In this document: in pieces, positions 46,513-56,015 of the stretch
Layout: each line of letters begins with the position of its first letter
How positions within the stretch are numbered: position 1 is the stretch's first letter
Virus record (IMG/VR): IMGVR_UViG_2930430511_000001
Coordinates: 1-64,000 of that record
Direction: 5' to 3' (one strand)
DNA length: 64,000 nt
Source: a virus
Lineage: Duplodnaviria; Caudoviricetes
Position numbers and translations under genes: made by a program
Notes under the pieces: model-generated
Told to the model about the DNA's origin: nothing
The model's input: the letters and a program-made list of their open reading frames with translations, nothing else
The model's database searches: none

Positions 46513-46839
46513 ATGCCCGAGCAGATGGCGCGCCTGAGCATCGACCACGTCGAGTACCTGCTGGCCGAAGAGATCGGCGCCGACGAAGTCACCTGGAACG
46601 CCGAGTTGATCGGCCTCTCCGGCTGGGACGGCAGCGACTTCGCGATGCTCGCCGTAGTCCGGGACGGGGAGCCGTGGACGTACCTGTCCGACGACATCGA
46701 CTACGTGCGGATGCTTGACCAGGCTGGCACCGACGGTATCCCCGTCGAGCTGACGCACGACATCGCTGCCGCGAAGCTGCCCATCAACCGACCCGGCTGG
46801 CCGAGCGAGTGGATGCTCCAGGCCGCCACCCAACAGTGA
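46513..46839 (+). CDS. Cassette-array gene 3, acidic hypothetical
   Basis: Start and stop both lie in junction repeats. Confidence 0.75.
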   Translation: MPEQMARLSIDHVEYLLAEEIGADEVTWNAELIGLSGWDGSDFAMLAVVRDGEPWTYLSDDIDYVRMLDQAGTDGIPVELTHDIAAAKLPINRPGWPSEWMLQAATQQ

Positions 46840-46850
46840 GGAGCACGACC

Positions 46851-47075
46851 ATGCCCACCAAGCCCCGCAAGCCGTGGCGCGTCATCCTGACGCAGGGCGG
46901 GATTCAGCTCGTCGAAATCGAGCACACCAGTAAGGCCAAGGCATACGACCACGTCCGCATGGGACTCCGGTCCGGCGCCGACACCGCGCAGGTCATGCAG
47001 TGGGAGGGTGGCCGCTGGTGGCACTTCGAGACCGTCCGCTCCGACGAACTCCCCGACCAGCACGCCGAGCAGTGA
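46851..47075 (+). CDS. Cassette-array gene 4, hypothetical
   Basis: Start and stop both lie in junction repeats. Confidence 0.75.
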   Translation: MPTKPRKPWRVILTQGGIQLVEIEHTSKAKAYDHVRMGLRSGADTAQVMQWEGGRWWHFETVRSDELPDQHAEQ

Positions 47076-47086
47076 GGAGCACGACC

Positions 47087-47275
47087 ATGGCACGCGAGGA
47101 GATCGAAAAGAAGCAGCGACGCATCGAAGGGGCGGTGTACAGCGCGCTGAACACGTTCCAGCAGACTGCCGACTGGCCCCAGCTGCGGCTTGCTCAGATG
47201 CGGCAACACCTTGCTGAACACATCGCACGAGAGCTAGCGTTTGCGCCTGCTGCTGACGAGGCGGACAAGCAGTGA
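47087..47275 (+). CDS. Cassette-array gene 5, hypothetical
   Basis: Start in junction repeat, stop in the partial repeat. Confidence 0.7.
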   Translation: MAREEIEKKQRRIEGAVYSALNTFQQTADWPQLRLAQMRQHLAEHIARELAFAPAADEADKQ

Positions 47276-47300
47276 GGACGCCTACGTACAGGGTAGATCA

Positions 47301-47337
47301 CGAAGGCCCCCGCGCCACCGAGGCGTTGGGGCCTTCC
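47301..47337 (+). terminator. Hairpin after the cassette array
   Basis: GAAGGCCCC..CGCC....GGCG..GGGGCCTTC. Confidence 0.7.
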
Positions 47338-47372
47338 GTGTTGCTTGCGGGCCGCGAAGCGGCAGGTCGAAA

Positions 47373-47433
47373 CCGCAGGTTAGTGGCTTGTGCAAGATCC
47401 CGTTATTTAATTCCCAAAACTATAGGACAGGGG
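47373..47433 (-). repeat. Right copy of long inverted repeat
   Basis: Reverse complement of 37550-37610 (core 40/42). Confidence 0.92.
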
Positions 47434-47434
47434 T

Positions 47435-49300
47435 TTAGGCGGGGAGCGCCTCACGCCACGCCGCCACAATCCGCCGCGACAGATACACATGACCCGCATC
47501 CGTCGGATGCACGTTGTCCCCGCCCACATAGCTCGCCGCGTTGCCCGACGTGATGAACGCCCCGTGCGTCGCCAGCAGCGTCCCCGACCCGTCGTACACC
47601 GCGCCCGTCAAAGGCGACACGAACGGGAGCCCCGCCGCGGCAGCCTGTGTGCGCAGCGTTGTGTCCGTGTTCGTGATCGACCCGGCCGGGCTCGCTGTCG
47701 GCGCCCAACAACCGAGCACCAGTACCTGACATGAGGGCAACCCGGTCTTCACCGCGGAGAACAGCGACGCCGCAGCCGAACCGATCGACGACTGGCTGCC
47801 CGTGTTGTCGTTGTACCCGCCCCAGATCACCAACCTGGTCGGCGCCCACCCGACCACGTCCGCGGCCACCCGGTCCCCGAACGTCGCGTACGCGCCCGGC
47901 GTGATGTACCCCGTACCGCCCCGGCCCTCATCCCACGCATCCGTGCACCCCAGCAGCCGCGCTGCGCGATGGAACCAGGTGCCAGCGCCCCCACCCGTGT
48001 TCATGGCGGAGCCGTCCGAGATGCTGTCGCCAAGGACCATCAGCCGGCCGCCCCGCGGCGGGACGCGCCACATCGTCGCAGACGGCGGCAGGTACACCCC
48101 GCCGAACGGGACCGTGTAGAAGTCCAACCGGATCGCCCGCGGAGCGGCGCTGCCCAGGTCAATCGTCATCAGGTGGGTGCTGCCCGCGGTGGTGCCTCCC
48201 ACCGAAGTCATCAGGTCAGCGACCTTGCGGCCGTCGATGTTCAGCCGGTACAGCCCCGCCGTCTGGTAGTTAAAGCGGAGCTGGAACGTCTGCGCATCGG
48301 TTCCGAACTCCACCGACCAGACAGCTTGAGAGCTGGTCAGCGTGCCGCGAGTGTTGGGGTAACGGGACGTCGGCAAGATGTAGGTGGAGTCCGGCGTGCC
48401 CGTGCCGACCTGGAAGGCTCCGGCGCCGAGGTAACTGAACGGTCCGGTCACGTCGGATCCGCTGAGGGTGACGCCGGCTGGCGCGTACTTGATGTAGCCG
48501 GACGTGGGCGTGCTGGTCTGCGCCACACTGATGGCCGGTGCGGAGCCCGCGTACACAGCGTCAGCGACGACCGGGTCAGGCAGGTCGCGGCGTCGCCATG
48601 CGGTGGCTACCGGGCCCTGAGGTCCGGTAGCGCCAGTCGCTCCCGTGGCACCAGCCGGCCCCTGTGGGCCCGTTGCGCCAGTAGCGCCGGTAGCTCCGGT
48701 TGGACCTTGGGGCCCTGTGTCTCCAGTGTCGCCCTTCGGCCCTTGCGGCCCCTGGTCGCCTGGCTCGCCCTGCGGCCCCTGTGCGCCGTCCGCGCCCGCA
48801 GGCCCAGCCGGCCCGGTCGGTCCGGTCGCGCCCTGAGGTCCGGCATCGCCCGTGTCGCCCTTCGGGCCAGCCGGCCCCGTCGCCCCAGTGGCGCCCGGTT
48901 CGCCCTGGGGCCCCACAGGCCCAGCCGCGTAGACGATCGTGGACGTGCCCGTCGGCGTGCCCGGGATGTCGACGCGCAGATCCCCCAGCCAGTACGGGCC
49001 ACCAGTCTCCGGCACCACGATGTACGTGACGATCGGCGTGCCATCAAGAGCACGCCCCTCCATCACCGCCCACGCCGTATCCCCCGCGGCCGCAGAGACG
49101 CCCACGTTCGGCGTCAGGTCCATCTCCCACACGCCCGTGCCGTCCGGTGTGACGCTGACCGGGCCGACGATCTCCCCCGGCTCGGCCGCCACATAGCCGA
49201 CAGCCCGCTCCCCCGCCATGTCCACCAGCGTCGCCGTCACCTGCACCCGCTGCGGGTCGGACAGGCCGAGCAGCTTGCCCTGCACCGTGGTCATCGCCAT
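47435..49300 (-). CDS. Collagen-repeat fibre protein with C-terminal SGNH/GDSL hydrolase
   Basis: Long G-X-Y run; GDSIS, GGTGY, GGYND, DNVHP. Confidence 0.88.
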   Translation of the reverse strand: MAMTTVQGKLLGLSDPQRVQVTATLVDMAGERAVGYVAAEPGEIVGPVSVTPDGTGVWEMDLTPNVGVSAAAGDTAWAVMEGRALDGTPIVTYIVVPETGGPYWLGDLRVDIPGTPTGTSTIVYAAGPVGPQGEPGATGATGPAGPKGDTGDAGPQGATGPTGPAGPAGADGAQGPQGEPGDQGPQGPKGDTGDTGPQGPTGATGATGATGPQGPAGATGATGATGPQGPVATAWRRRDLPDPVVADAVYAGSAPAISVAQTSTPTSGYIKYAPAGVTLSGSDVTGPFSYLGAGAFQVGTGTPDSTYILPTSRYPNTRGTLTSSQAVWSVEFGTDAQTFQLRFNYQTAGLYRLNIDGRKVADLMTSVGGTTAGSTHLMTIDLGSAAPRAIRLDFYTVPFGGVYLPPSATMWRVPPRGGRLMVLGDSISDGSAMNTGGGAGTWFHRAARLLGCTDAWDEGRGGTGYITPGAYATFGDRVAADVVGWAPTRLVIWGGYNDNTGSQSSIGSAAASLFSAVKTGLPSCQVLVLGCWAPTASPAGSITNTDTTLRTQAAAAGLPFVSPLTGAVYDGSGTLLATHGAFITSGNAASYVGGDNVHPTDAGHVYLSRRIVAAWREALPA

Positions 49301-49306
49301 CTCCTG

Positions 49307-49984
49307 TCAGTACCTTCTGCGGTCCGGCGCCAAGCCGAGCAGCCTGTCGCCCTGCTTGTTGTCCGTGGGCGTGGGGGTTGGCTTTGGGTCAGGCGCGCCA
49401 TCGCGGCGGCATACCAACGCGTCCGGGTCATAGCTGGGGGCCTGCGGTGAGTAGCCGTCCGGGCATGTCGCCCCCGCCTCGCCAGGCTCACCCCGCTCCC
49501 CCTTGTCGCCCTTCTCCCCGCGCTCCCCCTGCGGGCCCTGCGGTCCCGGAGGTCCTGCGGCGCCATCCCTGCCGTCCGAACCCCTCGCCCCATCGGAGCC
49601 GTTCAAGCCCGCGGGCCCCGGGGAGCCGTCGGTGCCGTCAGTGCCGTCTTTGCCGGGCGGGCCCGAAGGGCCGCTCTTCCCGTCCTTGCCGTCCGATCCG
49701 TCATCGCCTGCCGAACCGTTTCTGCCGTCCTTGCCTGGAGGGCCCGACGGGCCGATGTCGCCCGGCCCGCCGCGCGATCCCGGCGGGCCGGCCACGGGTG
49801 TCGCGCCCAGGCCCTGTACCTGCGCAGCGAGCTGGTCGCGCGCCTCGTTCGCGTCGGACAACTGTCGCGACAGGAGCAGAAACCCCGTCACAACGGCGGC
49901 CAGCGCCATGGCGGCGACGATCGCGCCGGCCGCAGCCAGGTAATCGCCCCTCCGCCGCTCCTTGCGAATTTGTGCCCGGCTCAT
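49307..49984 (-). CDS. Membrane-anchored collagen-like protein
   Basis: TM, coiled coil, G-X-Y repeats, CPDGY..VC; typical actinophage post-holin gene. Confidence 0.8.
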   Translation of the reverse strand: MSRAQIRKERRRGDYLAAAGAIVAAMALAAVVTGFLLLSRQLSDANEARDQLAAQVQGLGATPVAGPPGSRGGPGDIGPSGPPGKDGRNGSAGDDGSDGKDGKSGPSGPPGKDGTDGTDGSPGPAGLNGSDGARGSDGRDGAAGPPGPQGPQGERGEKGDKGERGEPGEAGATCPDGYSPQAPSYDPDALVCRRDGAPDPKPTPTPTDNKQGDRLLGLAPDRRRY

Positions 49985-50295
49985 GCTCCCGCTCCTCGCA
50001 GCATCACAATCAGGGGGAGCACGATGCCGATGAGCGGGACGATGACCGAGGCGACCATCCAGCGGCGGGTCTGCGTGACGCGCTCGGCGTCCCGCTCCCG
50101 CTGCGCCTGAAGGGCTTCGACCACCTTGGCCACATCCGCTATCTCCTTGACCAGCCCGGCCTTCTCTACCGTGTACACGTCGTTGGAGACCATGCGATCC
50201 AGCCGGGCGTTAATCCCCGCCATGTCGTCGCGGATATCGCCCCGAAGGGCCTGGATGAGCCGCCCCAGCTCTCCCAGAGACGGCTCATCGGCCAT
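49981..50295 (-). CDS. Coiled-coil protein with C-terminal TM (lysis cassette)
   Basis: MADEPSLGEL...WMVASVIVPLIGIVL. Confidence 0.75.
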   Translation of the reverse strand: MADEPSLGELGRLIQALRGDIRDDMAGINARLDRMVSNDVYTVEKAGLVKEIADVAKVVEALQAQRERDAERVTQTRRWMVASVIVPLIGIVLPLIVMLRGAGA

Positions 50296-50324
50296 GTCGT
50301 GCTCCGAAGTGGGGTGTAAGCCGG

Positions 50325-50690
50325 TCAAGACACCGGATTGACGGGACGCTTCACAGCGGACGCCGGAACCGGTGCGGTGACCCGGTCGCGGACCAGCCAG
50401 AAGTGAGCGAGGACCGTCACGAGCGCCATGGCAGCGGCCTGCTTGTCCGCGGACCAGCCGAGTCCAAGGTTCATGCCAAGTGCGATTCCGGCCTGCGCAA
50501 ACCCGGTCAGGGCGGCGATGACGCCGTCTCCCACCTGGAAGGCAAGGATGAGGCCTATTGCAGCGGCTGCCACGGCGTTGACGGCGGTCTGCGTGTCCGC
50601 ATCGACCTTTAGGCCGAAAGCAGACACGAACTGGACGATCACGGCCACCAGGCCGAGGATTGCGGACGGCTCGCGGCCGAGGATCTTCAC
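50325..50690 (-). CDS. Holin
   Basis: MKILGREP, about four TMs, RDRVTAPVP; directly after endolysin. Confidence 0.8.
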   Translation of the reverse strand: MKILGREPSAILGLVAVIVQFVSAFGLKVDADTQTAVNAVAAAAIGLILAFQVGDGVIAALTGFAQAGIALGMNLGLGWSADKQAAAMALVTVLAHFWLVRDRVTAPVPASAVKRPVNPVS

Positions 50691-50714
50691 GATGTTCTCC
50701 GATGGGTTGAGTGG

Positions 50715-52028
50715 TTAGACCTTGGGAACCTTGAGAGCTGCCCACGACTTCGCGCCGGGGATGCCGTCAGCTGCCGATCCGGAGTACCCGAGCTTGCGTT
50801 GAAAAGCCGCGTAACTGGCCTTGTCAGCGTTGGTCCAGTTCGGGCCGGGGCCGTTTCGGTACCTTCCGCATCCCTCGGCGACGAGCCGGCGGCCCATGGC
50901 CGTAATCACGGGACTGTGTCGTCCGCCGTGGAAGAAGCCGCTGCCGGGGAACGGCTCGTAGGTCGGGGAGCTGGGCTTGCTGGTCGCACCCGGCATCTTC
51001 AGCTTCTGTCCCACGGACAGCTTGTCGGCGTCCTTCAGTCCGTTGAGGGATACGAGCTTGGCGACGGTCGTCTTGTACCGGGAGGCGATCGAGGAGAGCG
51101 TGTCGCCCTTCTTCACCGTGTACGTCGTGGTGCTGGTACCGCTGTCCGTCGACCCTGTGTCGCCACCGCCGGGCGCCTTGCCGGGGACCTTGGCGATGTC
51201 GATCGCTCCCGGATCTCCGTGATCATTGCCAGGGACTTGCGAGTGGCCGTAGTGCCCGGCCTTCTCCTGCCAGATCGACCGGGAACGGGAGGAGCTGCCG
51301 CTCGGGTAGGCCGGCGGCTTGCCCGCGGGCCAGGTGTCGGGGATACCCCAGGCGCGGCCGGCGGCGAGGAGCTTGCGGAAGTTCGGCTTCTTCGCCGGGT
51401 CGAAGCCATTCGTCCACGGCGTGGCGGCGCGACCGAGTACCTCGACCTGGATGTTGACCTTGCCCTCGCGGTTCGTACGGCGGGCACCGTCGTTGCGCAA
51501 CGCCCGGCCGGACTGGATGAGCGGGCCGAACTGCCCGAGCCTGTCGTTCGTGGGGTCGTAGATGACCTGCGGTTCCGCGCCGACCCGCACCAGGTAGGAG
51601 CCGATCGACGTCAGGTAGCTGCCGCCGGCCGGGGACTCCGTGGTGTGCCAGGTGAACCGCGGGCCGGATTCGGGGTGGTCCATGGCGCCGCCGATGGACT
51701 GGTCGCCGATCCGGACCGCGCCGGATATGTACGCCGGGCCGGACGCCTGCCGAGGCATGCTCTCCTCGGCCGGGCCAGGGTCGGGCTGACGGACCTCGAA
51801 CGGCTCGGCGTCGACCGGCACGTACACGTCCAGGTCACCGTCATCCCGCAGGACGCAGAACGATCCGGCCTGCCGCGGGTGCTCCTTGACGAAGCGGGGG
51901 CTGTCGTCGAGGGCTGCGATGGCACGGACCTCATCCACGTGCGCCTGGTCGACGGTGCCGAGGTAGGTGGTCGTAGTCTCGCCGGTCTCGGCATCGAGGC
52001 TGTCGACGGCGACGTGGTACTCGGTCAT
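50715..52028 (-). CDS. Endolysin: amidase-like plus LysM plus peptidoglycan-binding domain
   Basis: [23 protein letters not shown]; [13 protein letters not shown]; FQRKLG..ADGIPG..SW. Confidence 0.9.
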   Translation of the reverse strand: MTEYHVAVDSLDAETGETTTTYLGTVDQAHVDEVRAIAALDDSPRFVKEHPRQAGSFCVLRDDGDLDVYVPVDAEPFEVRQPDPGPAEESMPRQASGPAYISGAVRIGDQSIGGAMDHPESGPRFTWHTTESPAGGSYLTSIGSYLVRVGAEPQVIYDPTNDRLGQFGPLIQSGRALRNDGARRTNREGKVNIQVEVLGRAATPWTNGFDPAKKPNFRKLLAAGRAWGIPDTWPAGKPPAYPSGSSSRSRSIWQEKAGHYGHSQVPGNDHGDPGAIDIAKVPGKAPGGGDTGSTDSGTSTTTYTVKKGDTLSSIASRYKTTVAKLVSLNGLKDADKLSVGQKLKMPGATSKPSSPTYEPFPGSGFFHGGRHSPVITAMGRRLVAEGCGRYRNGPGPNWTNADKASYAAFQRKLGYSGSAADGIPGAKSWAALKVPKV

Positions 52029-52858
52029 GAGAGCGTCCTGGAGGAGTCGAGGCGGGGCTGGATAAGGTCCACCTGAGCCCTGAGGGCCTGGTAGAGGGCT
52101 AGGGACATCCGAAAGCTTCCGCCGTCCGCCCATGAGGCTGACCAGCTATTACGGCATCGGATGACGGTGTGCTCGTAAGAGAAATCGCCCTCGACCTCAG
52201 CGACGGACTCCAGCGCGGTGATGAGTACCTCGTGGCCGCCGACGACCGGCGACTGCTGCCAGTTGGGGATCTCGTCGAGGAGTGCAGTGCTGGACGCAGG
52301 GCTGCTGAACGCGTCATGCCAGGGCATTCCCATCAGGACAGGCCCGGTCTGGAGGAGGACGCAGAGCTCCTCCGCGGTGGTGGCGTGCCCGTACTGGTCG
52401 ATGAGGGCGCGGCGCCGGAGGGCCTTGGTGACACCGAGGCCGGAGGAGCCGCAGTCGTCGCTGGGCCACGTGTAGTCGAGCCACTCATCGGCGGTGGTGG
52501 CGTCGGCGTACAGGCTGATGGCGAACCGCTCGGCGGCCGCGGCATCGGTGGTGTCCAGGCCGGCTGCGGCGCAGGCATCTGCCGTGAGGAGGACGGACAG
52601 GGCCGCGGTGGCGGCGTTGGCGGTGCAGGACCCGAGGGCGTCGACGTCCTGGACGCCGTCGAACAGCTCGGACGTCTTGATGCCCTGGGCGAGGAGGTTC
52701 TGCTGGTCCAGGACCGGTACCCGGGGCGCCCATTCGACGGTGCGGATGGTCTCGCCGCTGTAGTGCCGGCGGTAGGCGAGGCTGCGCGGGTCCAGCACCT
52801 TGTGACGCCCGAGTTGGGGCGTTACGTCGTACTGGGTGATGTCGAGGTCGGGCGGCAA
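52025..52858 (-). CDS. Papain-like (C1) cysteine peptidase
   Basis: [24 protein letters not shown]. Confidence 0.85.
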   Translation of the reverse strand: MPPDLDITQYDVTPQLGRHKVLDPRSLAYRRHYSGETIRTVEWAPRVPVLDQQNLLAQGIKTSELFDGVQDVDALGSCTANAATAALSVLLTADACAAAGLDTTDAAAAERFAISLYADATTADEWLDYTWPSDDCGSSGLGVTKALRRRALIDQYGHATTAEELCVLLQTGPVLMGMPWHDAFSSPASSTALLDEIPNWQQSPVVGGHEVLITALESVAEVEGDFSYEHTVIRCRNSWSASWADGGSFRMSLALYQALRAQVDLIQPRLDSSRTLS

Positions 52859-52980
52859 CCCCTAGCTCCTGCACTCCCCGCGCCTGAGCTGATGCTGATC
52901 TGGTGTCTGCGCGTCGCCCAGCGGTGACGCCTGGGGCGCGGCAGTCCCTCGGGGATGCGGCGGAGGGTCGCCTGAGACCC

Positions 52981-53012
52981 AGAGTACGGACAATCGGCCC
53001 GTATGTTGCCCC
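52981..53012 (-). promoter_or_regulatory. Class B promoter GGGGCAA-N19-TACTCT ahead of the lysis cassette
   Basis: Same motif and spacing as 6945, 9197 and 16082. Confidence 0.65.
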
Positions 53013-53019
53013 GGCTGTG

Positions 53020-54915
53020 TCACGGGCTGAGCCGGGTGAACCGAACCCAGGAACCGACGCCCATGCGGGTAGCGGTTGCCGACGAGGCGGACTGCGTCCA
53101 CTGAAGGGCGAAAGTTCCCGTGGTCGCGCCCATGGTGACGATGCCGGTCTCGATGGCGTAGAGCAGGTTGCTGTTGGCGTTCCGACGGCCGTACGTAACG
53201 GTCGTGGTGAAAGCATGCGAGCCGAAGCGCCCGGTGATGTTGTCGCCCGCGTTGGTGAGGGTGTCGGTGCCTGCGGCGACGGAGGACGGGCCGTGCACAG
53301 CCTTGAGTCCGGTAGCGCCGGAGGGGACTTTCCAGGCGGTGGTCATCAGGCCCGTGGTTCCGGCCCCGACGAGCAGATGGAGTTCGACGAGGTAGGTCTC
53401 GCCCGCGATGAACGTTCCAACGAGGTCGGGGTCGTCGGCAAGCGTCGTGGTGGAGGCCCGGTCCGTGGACGTCGTCTTGTAGACGAAGGAGGGGGTGTTG
53501 CGTGCGGAGATGGCTCCGGCGACGGATAGGCCAGACGAGCTGAAAACGTGCCCCGAGCCGTTGGCGGTGATCGTCACGTGGTCGCCAGTGGTGTAGACGG
53601 TGCTCTGCTTGCCGGTGTCGCTGCCGTCCTTGGCAGTGAGACTGATGAAGGAGGTGTCGCTGGTTGTGGCGGCGGAGGTGGCAGTGAGCCTGGCGTATCC
53701 GGTGTCGCTGGTCCCGGGGTTGTTGCTCGTGCCCAGCACGGTGCTAGCCCCGAACGTGCCGGGCTTGGCGGAAAGCATCGTGAGTTGCGATGTCTGGGTG
53801 GCGCCGGTCGAGTCGACACCCGTCATAGGTGCGGTGAGGACTGTCACTGCCTGGTTGGGGGTGATCGTGGACTCGCCACTGTTGAAGACCGCGGGCCAGT
53901 TCTCGCCAGTGACGCCTGAGTACATGAGGACCGAGGGTCGCTGAATGATGCCGACCGGAGGGGTGGGCGTGATGACGGTTCGGGCGCCAGTGCTACCTGT
54001 TCGAAGGGTTCCGCCGGTGACGGTGGAGCCGATGATGTCCGTACCCGTGATGGTGCCGCCGGTGATGGCCTTGCCGGTGATCGCGTCCGCCTTGATGGCG
54101 GTGGCGTCCACGGAGCCCGCGGCGAGCTTGCTGGTGGTGACCGCGTTCGCGTCGAGCTTGTCGGTGGTGATGGCGAGGGCCGCGATTTTTGCCGCTGTCA
54201 CGGCCTCTGCGGCGAGCTTGTCGGTGAGGACTGCGCCGGCGGCTATCTGACCGGCGAGGATCGCCCCGGCCACGATCTTCTGCGTGGTGACGGCGTCATC
54301 GGAGATCTCGGTCGTGCCGACAGCTCCCGCGGCGATTTTCGCTGCGGTGACCGCGTCGGCAGCCAGCTTCACCTCGGTGATGATGCCGTCGAGGACGTCG
54401 GAGGCCACCACGGGCGCCGGCCCGTAGGGGCCCGCCTCGACGCTGGGGGGTGAGGCGGCACCGGACGTGTTGCGGGCCAGCAGTTGTACGTACACCGGGT
54501 CGTCCGTCATTACGGCGAAGGTGGCGCCCTGCGCCGTCTCGATCGTGGACTGTAGCGTCGCCGAGGTCGGCGTGAACCCGGAGCTGGTGGAGGCGTGGAC
54601 CTCTACTCGGGCCCAGTCCAGGGGAATGACGGCACCGTCGGCGAACTGGCCGTCCCACGAAACGGTGACCCCGCCCAGCACGGACGCGACGATCGGCGTG
54701 GAGGGGGCTGGCGGGGGCGGGCCGTTGACGACCTGGATGCCGGATGTGCCGTCGGCCTGTTGCCCGTAGATGGCGCGCAGGCTGCCGGAGTCGTCGCGGA
54801 CCTCGAGGGCCGCATTCTCGATGCTGGCGCCGTGAGCGAGGCGCTGGCCCTTGGCGATCTGATCCATGCGCCGCTTGAGACGGTTGAGCTCGCCGGGTAC
54901 TGACCGGTCGTACAT
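53020..54915 (-). CDS. Minor tail / tail fibre protein
   Basis: FN3-like region, 10-aa repeats (AVTAAKIAAG), Thr/Ser-rich C-terminus. Confidence 0.8.
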   Translation of the reverse strand: MYDRSVPGELNRLKRRMDQIAKGQRLAHGASIENAALEVRDDSGSLRAIYGQQADGTSGIQVVNGPPPPAPSTPIVASVLGGVTVSWDGQFADGAVIPLDWARVEVHASTSSGFTPTSATLQSTIETAQGATFAVMTDDPVYVQLLARNTSGAASPPSVEAGPYGPAPVVASDVLDGIITEVKLAADAVTAAKIAAGAVGTTEISDDAVTTQKIVAGAILAGQIAAGAVLTDKLAAEAVTAAKIAALAITTDKLDANAVTTSKLAAGSVDATAIKADAITGKAITGGTITGTDIIGSTVTGGTLRTGSTGARTVITPTPPVGIIQRPSVLMYSGVTGENWPAVFNSGESTITPNQAVTVLTAPMTGVDSTGATQTSQLTMLSAKPGTFGASTVLGTSNNPGTSDTGYARLTATSAATTSDTSFISLTAKDGSDTGKQSTVYTTGDHVTITANGSGHVFSSSGLSVAGAISARNTPSFVYKTTSTDRASTTTLADDPDLVGTFIAGETYLVELHLLVGAGTTGLMTTAWKVPSGATGLKAVHGPSSVAAGTDTLTNAGDNITGRFGSHAFTTTVTYGRRNANSNLLYAIETGIVTMGATTGTFALQWTQSASSATATRMGVGSWVRFTRLSP

Positions 54916-54917
54916 GG

Positions 54918-56015
54918 CTAGGCCACCTCCGGGGCGCCGTAGTGGAAGCTGTCGGCTCGGGCCAGGGTGAGGACGGCCTGGTCGGCGGCGTCCCTGGGGC
55001 GGTACGACTCGGCGGTGATACGGCACCAGCCCGCAAAGTCCGCCCAGTCGTTGTGGACGGTGACGTACACGTCGTCACCGATCTGCCAGCTACCGAAAGG
55101 CGCGTTGGGGTGGTCCCGCACGGTGATGGAGTCGATCTCGCCCATGGTGCGGCGCCGCTTGCGTTCGGCGGCGATGCGCCGGCCGAGGACGTCGGTGCCG
55201 TTGACGGTCGGTAGCTGCATGACGGCTTCCATGCGCAGGCGGCCGTCGCGGACGGAGTCGACGGCGAAGCGGGTGGCGGTGCCTTCGCCGCTGCCGGTGC
55301 CGATGACGGTGTTCGCGAATACGTCGCCGTCGTAGGTGGGCTTCGGCGGCTCGACGATGTTCACGCCAGTGGCGAAACTGATGTCCGTGCGCCTCGCCCC
55401 GAGGCGGGGGTAGCCCAGGACGATGCGGCGTCGCACGGTCCCGTTGGACTGGTACTCGGTGGCGTTGGTGTACTGCGGGGCGCCGTCCTCCCCCACCAGG
55501 TCGTCGATGTGGTCGCCGAGGGACGGGGTCTCGTACCAGTACGAGTGCCAGGGTTCCGCGGTTGTGCCGGTCTTCGCGCTCGAGCTCGTCGCGTCCACGA
55601 CGACGTCCAGGTCGCCGTCGGGCTGCTCCTGGGCGTAGGCCCAGATGTCGCGGATGATTTTGCAGGGGTCGGCGTTGACGTACGGGCCGCGGCCGCGGAG
55701 CTCCCCGTGGTGGTCGTGGCGACGGTTGAGGTACGAGGACCAGCCGGCGGCTTCGACGCGCAGCTCGCGGTCCTCGGCCTCCAGGCTCCAGACGAGGCCG
55801 CCCCAACGGATGAAGCCGTCGGCTTCCGCGTAGATCAGCGCGATGCTCGGCAGGAGGAAGTTGCCGCTGGACTTCAGCCAGCGCGGGGACAGGGTGCCGG
55901 AGAACGACCCGGGCCCATTGAGCTCCCGGCCGAACTCCACATCGTGCATCGGCAGCGCAGGGTGCAGCACGGCGCCGGTCAGCGCGTGCTGCGCCCAGTA
56001 CCGCCACCGGCCCAT
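54918..56015 (-). CDS. Minor tail protein (baseplate hub-like)
   Basis: ELNGPGSF, IRWGG, GYPRLG, GDDV; synteny. Confidence 0.8.
   Translation of the reverse strand: MGRWRYWAQHALTGAVLHPALPMHDVEFGRELNGPGSFSGTLSPRWLKSSGNFLLPSIALIYAEADGFIRWGGLVWSLEAEDRELRVEAAGWSSYLNRRHDHHGELRGRGPYVNADPCKIIRDIWAYAQEQPDGDLDVVVDATSSSAKTGTTAEPWHSYWYETPSLGDHIDDLVGEDGAPQYTNATEYQSNGTVRRRIVLGYPRLGARRTDISFATGVNIVEPPKPTYDGDVFANTVIGTGSGEGTATRFAVDSVRDGRLRMEAVMQLPTVNGTDVLGRRIAAERKRRRTMGEIDSITVRDHPNAPFGSWQIGDDVYVTVHNDWADFAGWCRITAESYRPRDAADQAVLTLARADSFHYGAPEVA

Larger units (their letters stand above)
46496..47280 (+). repeat. Dispersed direct repeat CAGTGAGGAGCACGACCATG at gene junctions
   Basis: Exact at 46496, 46834 and 47070; partial at 47270. 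Confidence 0.92.

Noticed and set aside
46496-47280. Direct repeats as a CRISPR array
   Set aside because: The intervals are 200-340 bp intact ORFs, the repeat is a stop-RBS-start, and there are no cas genes.
37550-47433. Tn3-like or IS-type transposon bounded by terminal inverted repeats
   Set aside because: No transposase, no target-site duplication, ends read CCCC rather than GGGG inward, and the cargo is core phage regulation.
48600-49800. 9-bp periodic DNA repeats
   Set aside because: Explained by collagen G-X-Y coding.
52862-52980. tRNA or riboswitch in the lysis leader
   Set aside because: Hairpins are present but there is no cloverleaf/T-loop or known aptamer consensus; kept only as a structured leader.
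54050-54400. 30-bp periodicity in the tail gene
   Set aside because: Ordinary 10-aa tail-fibre repeats.
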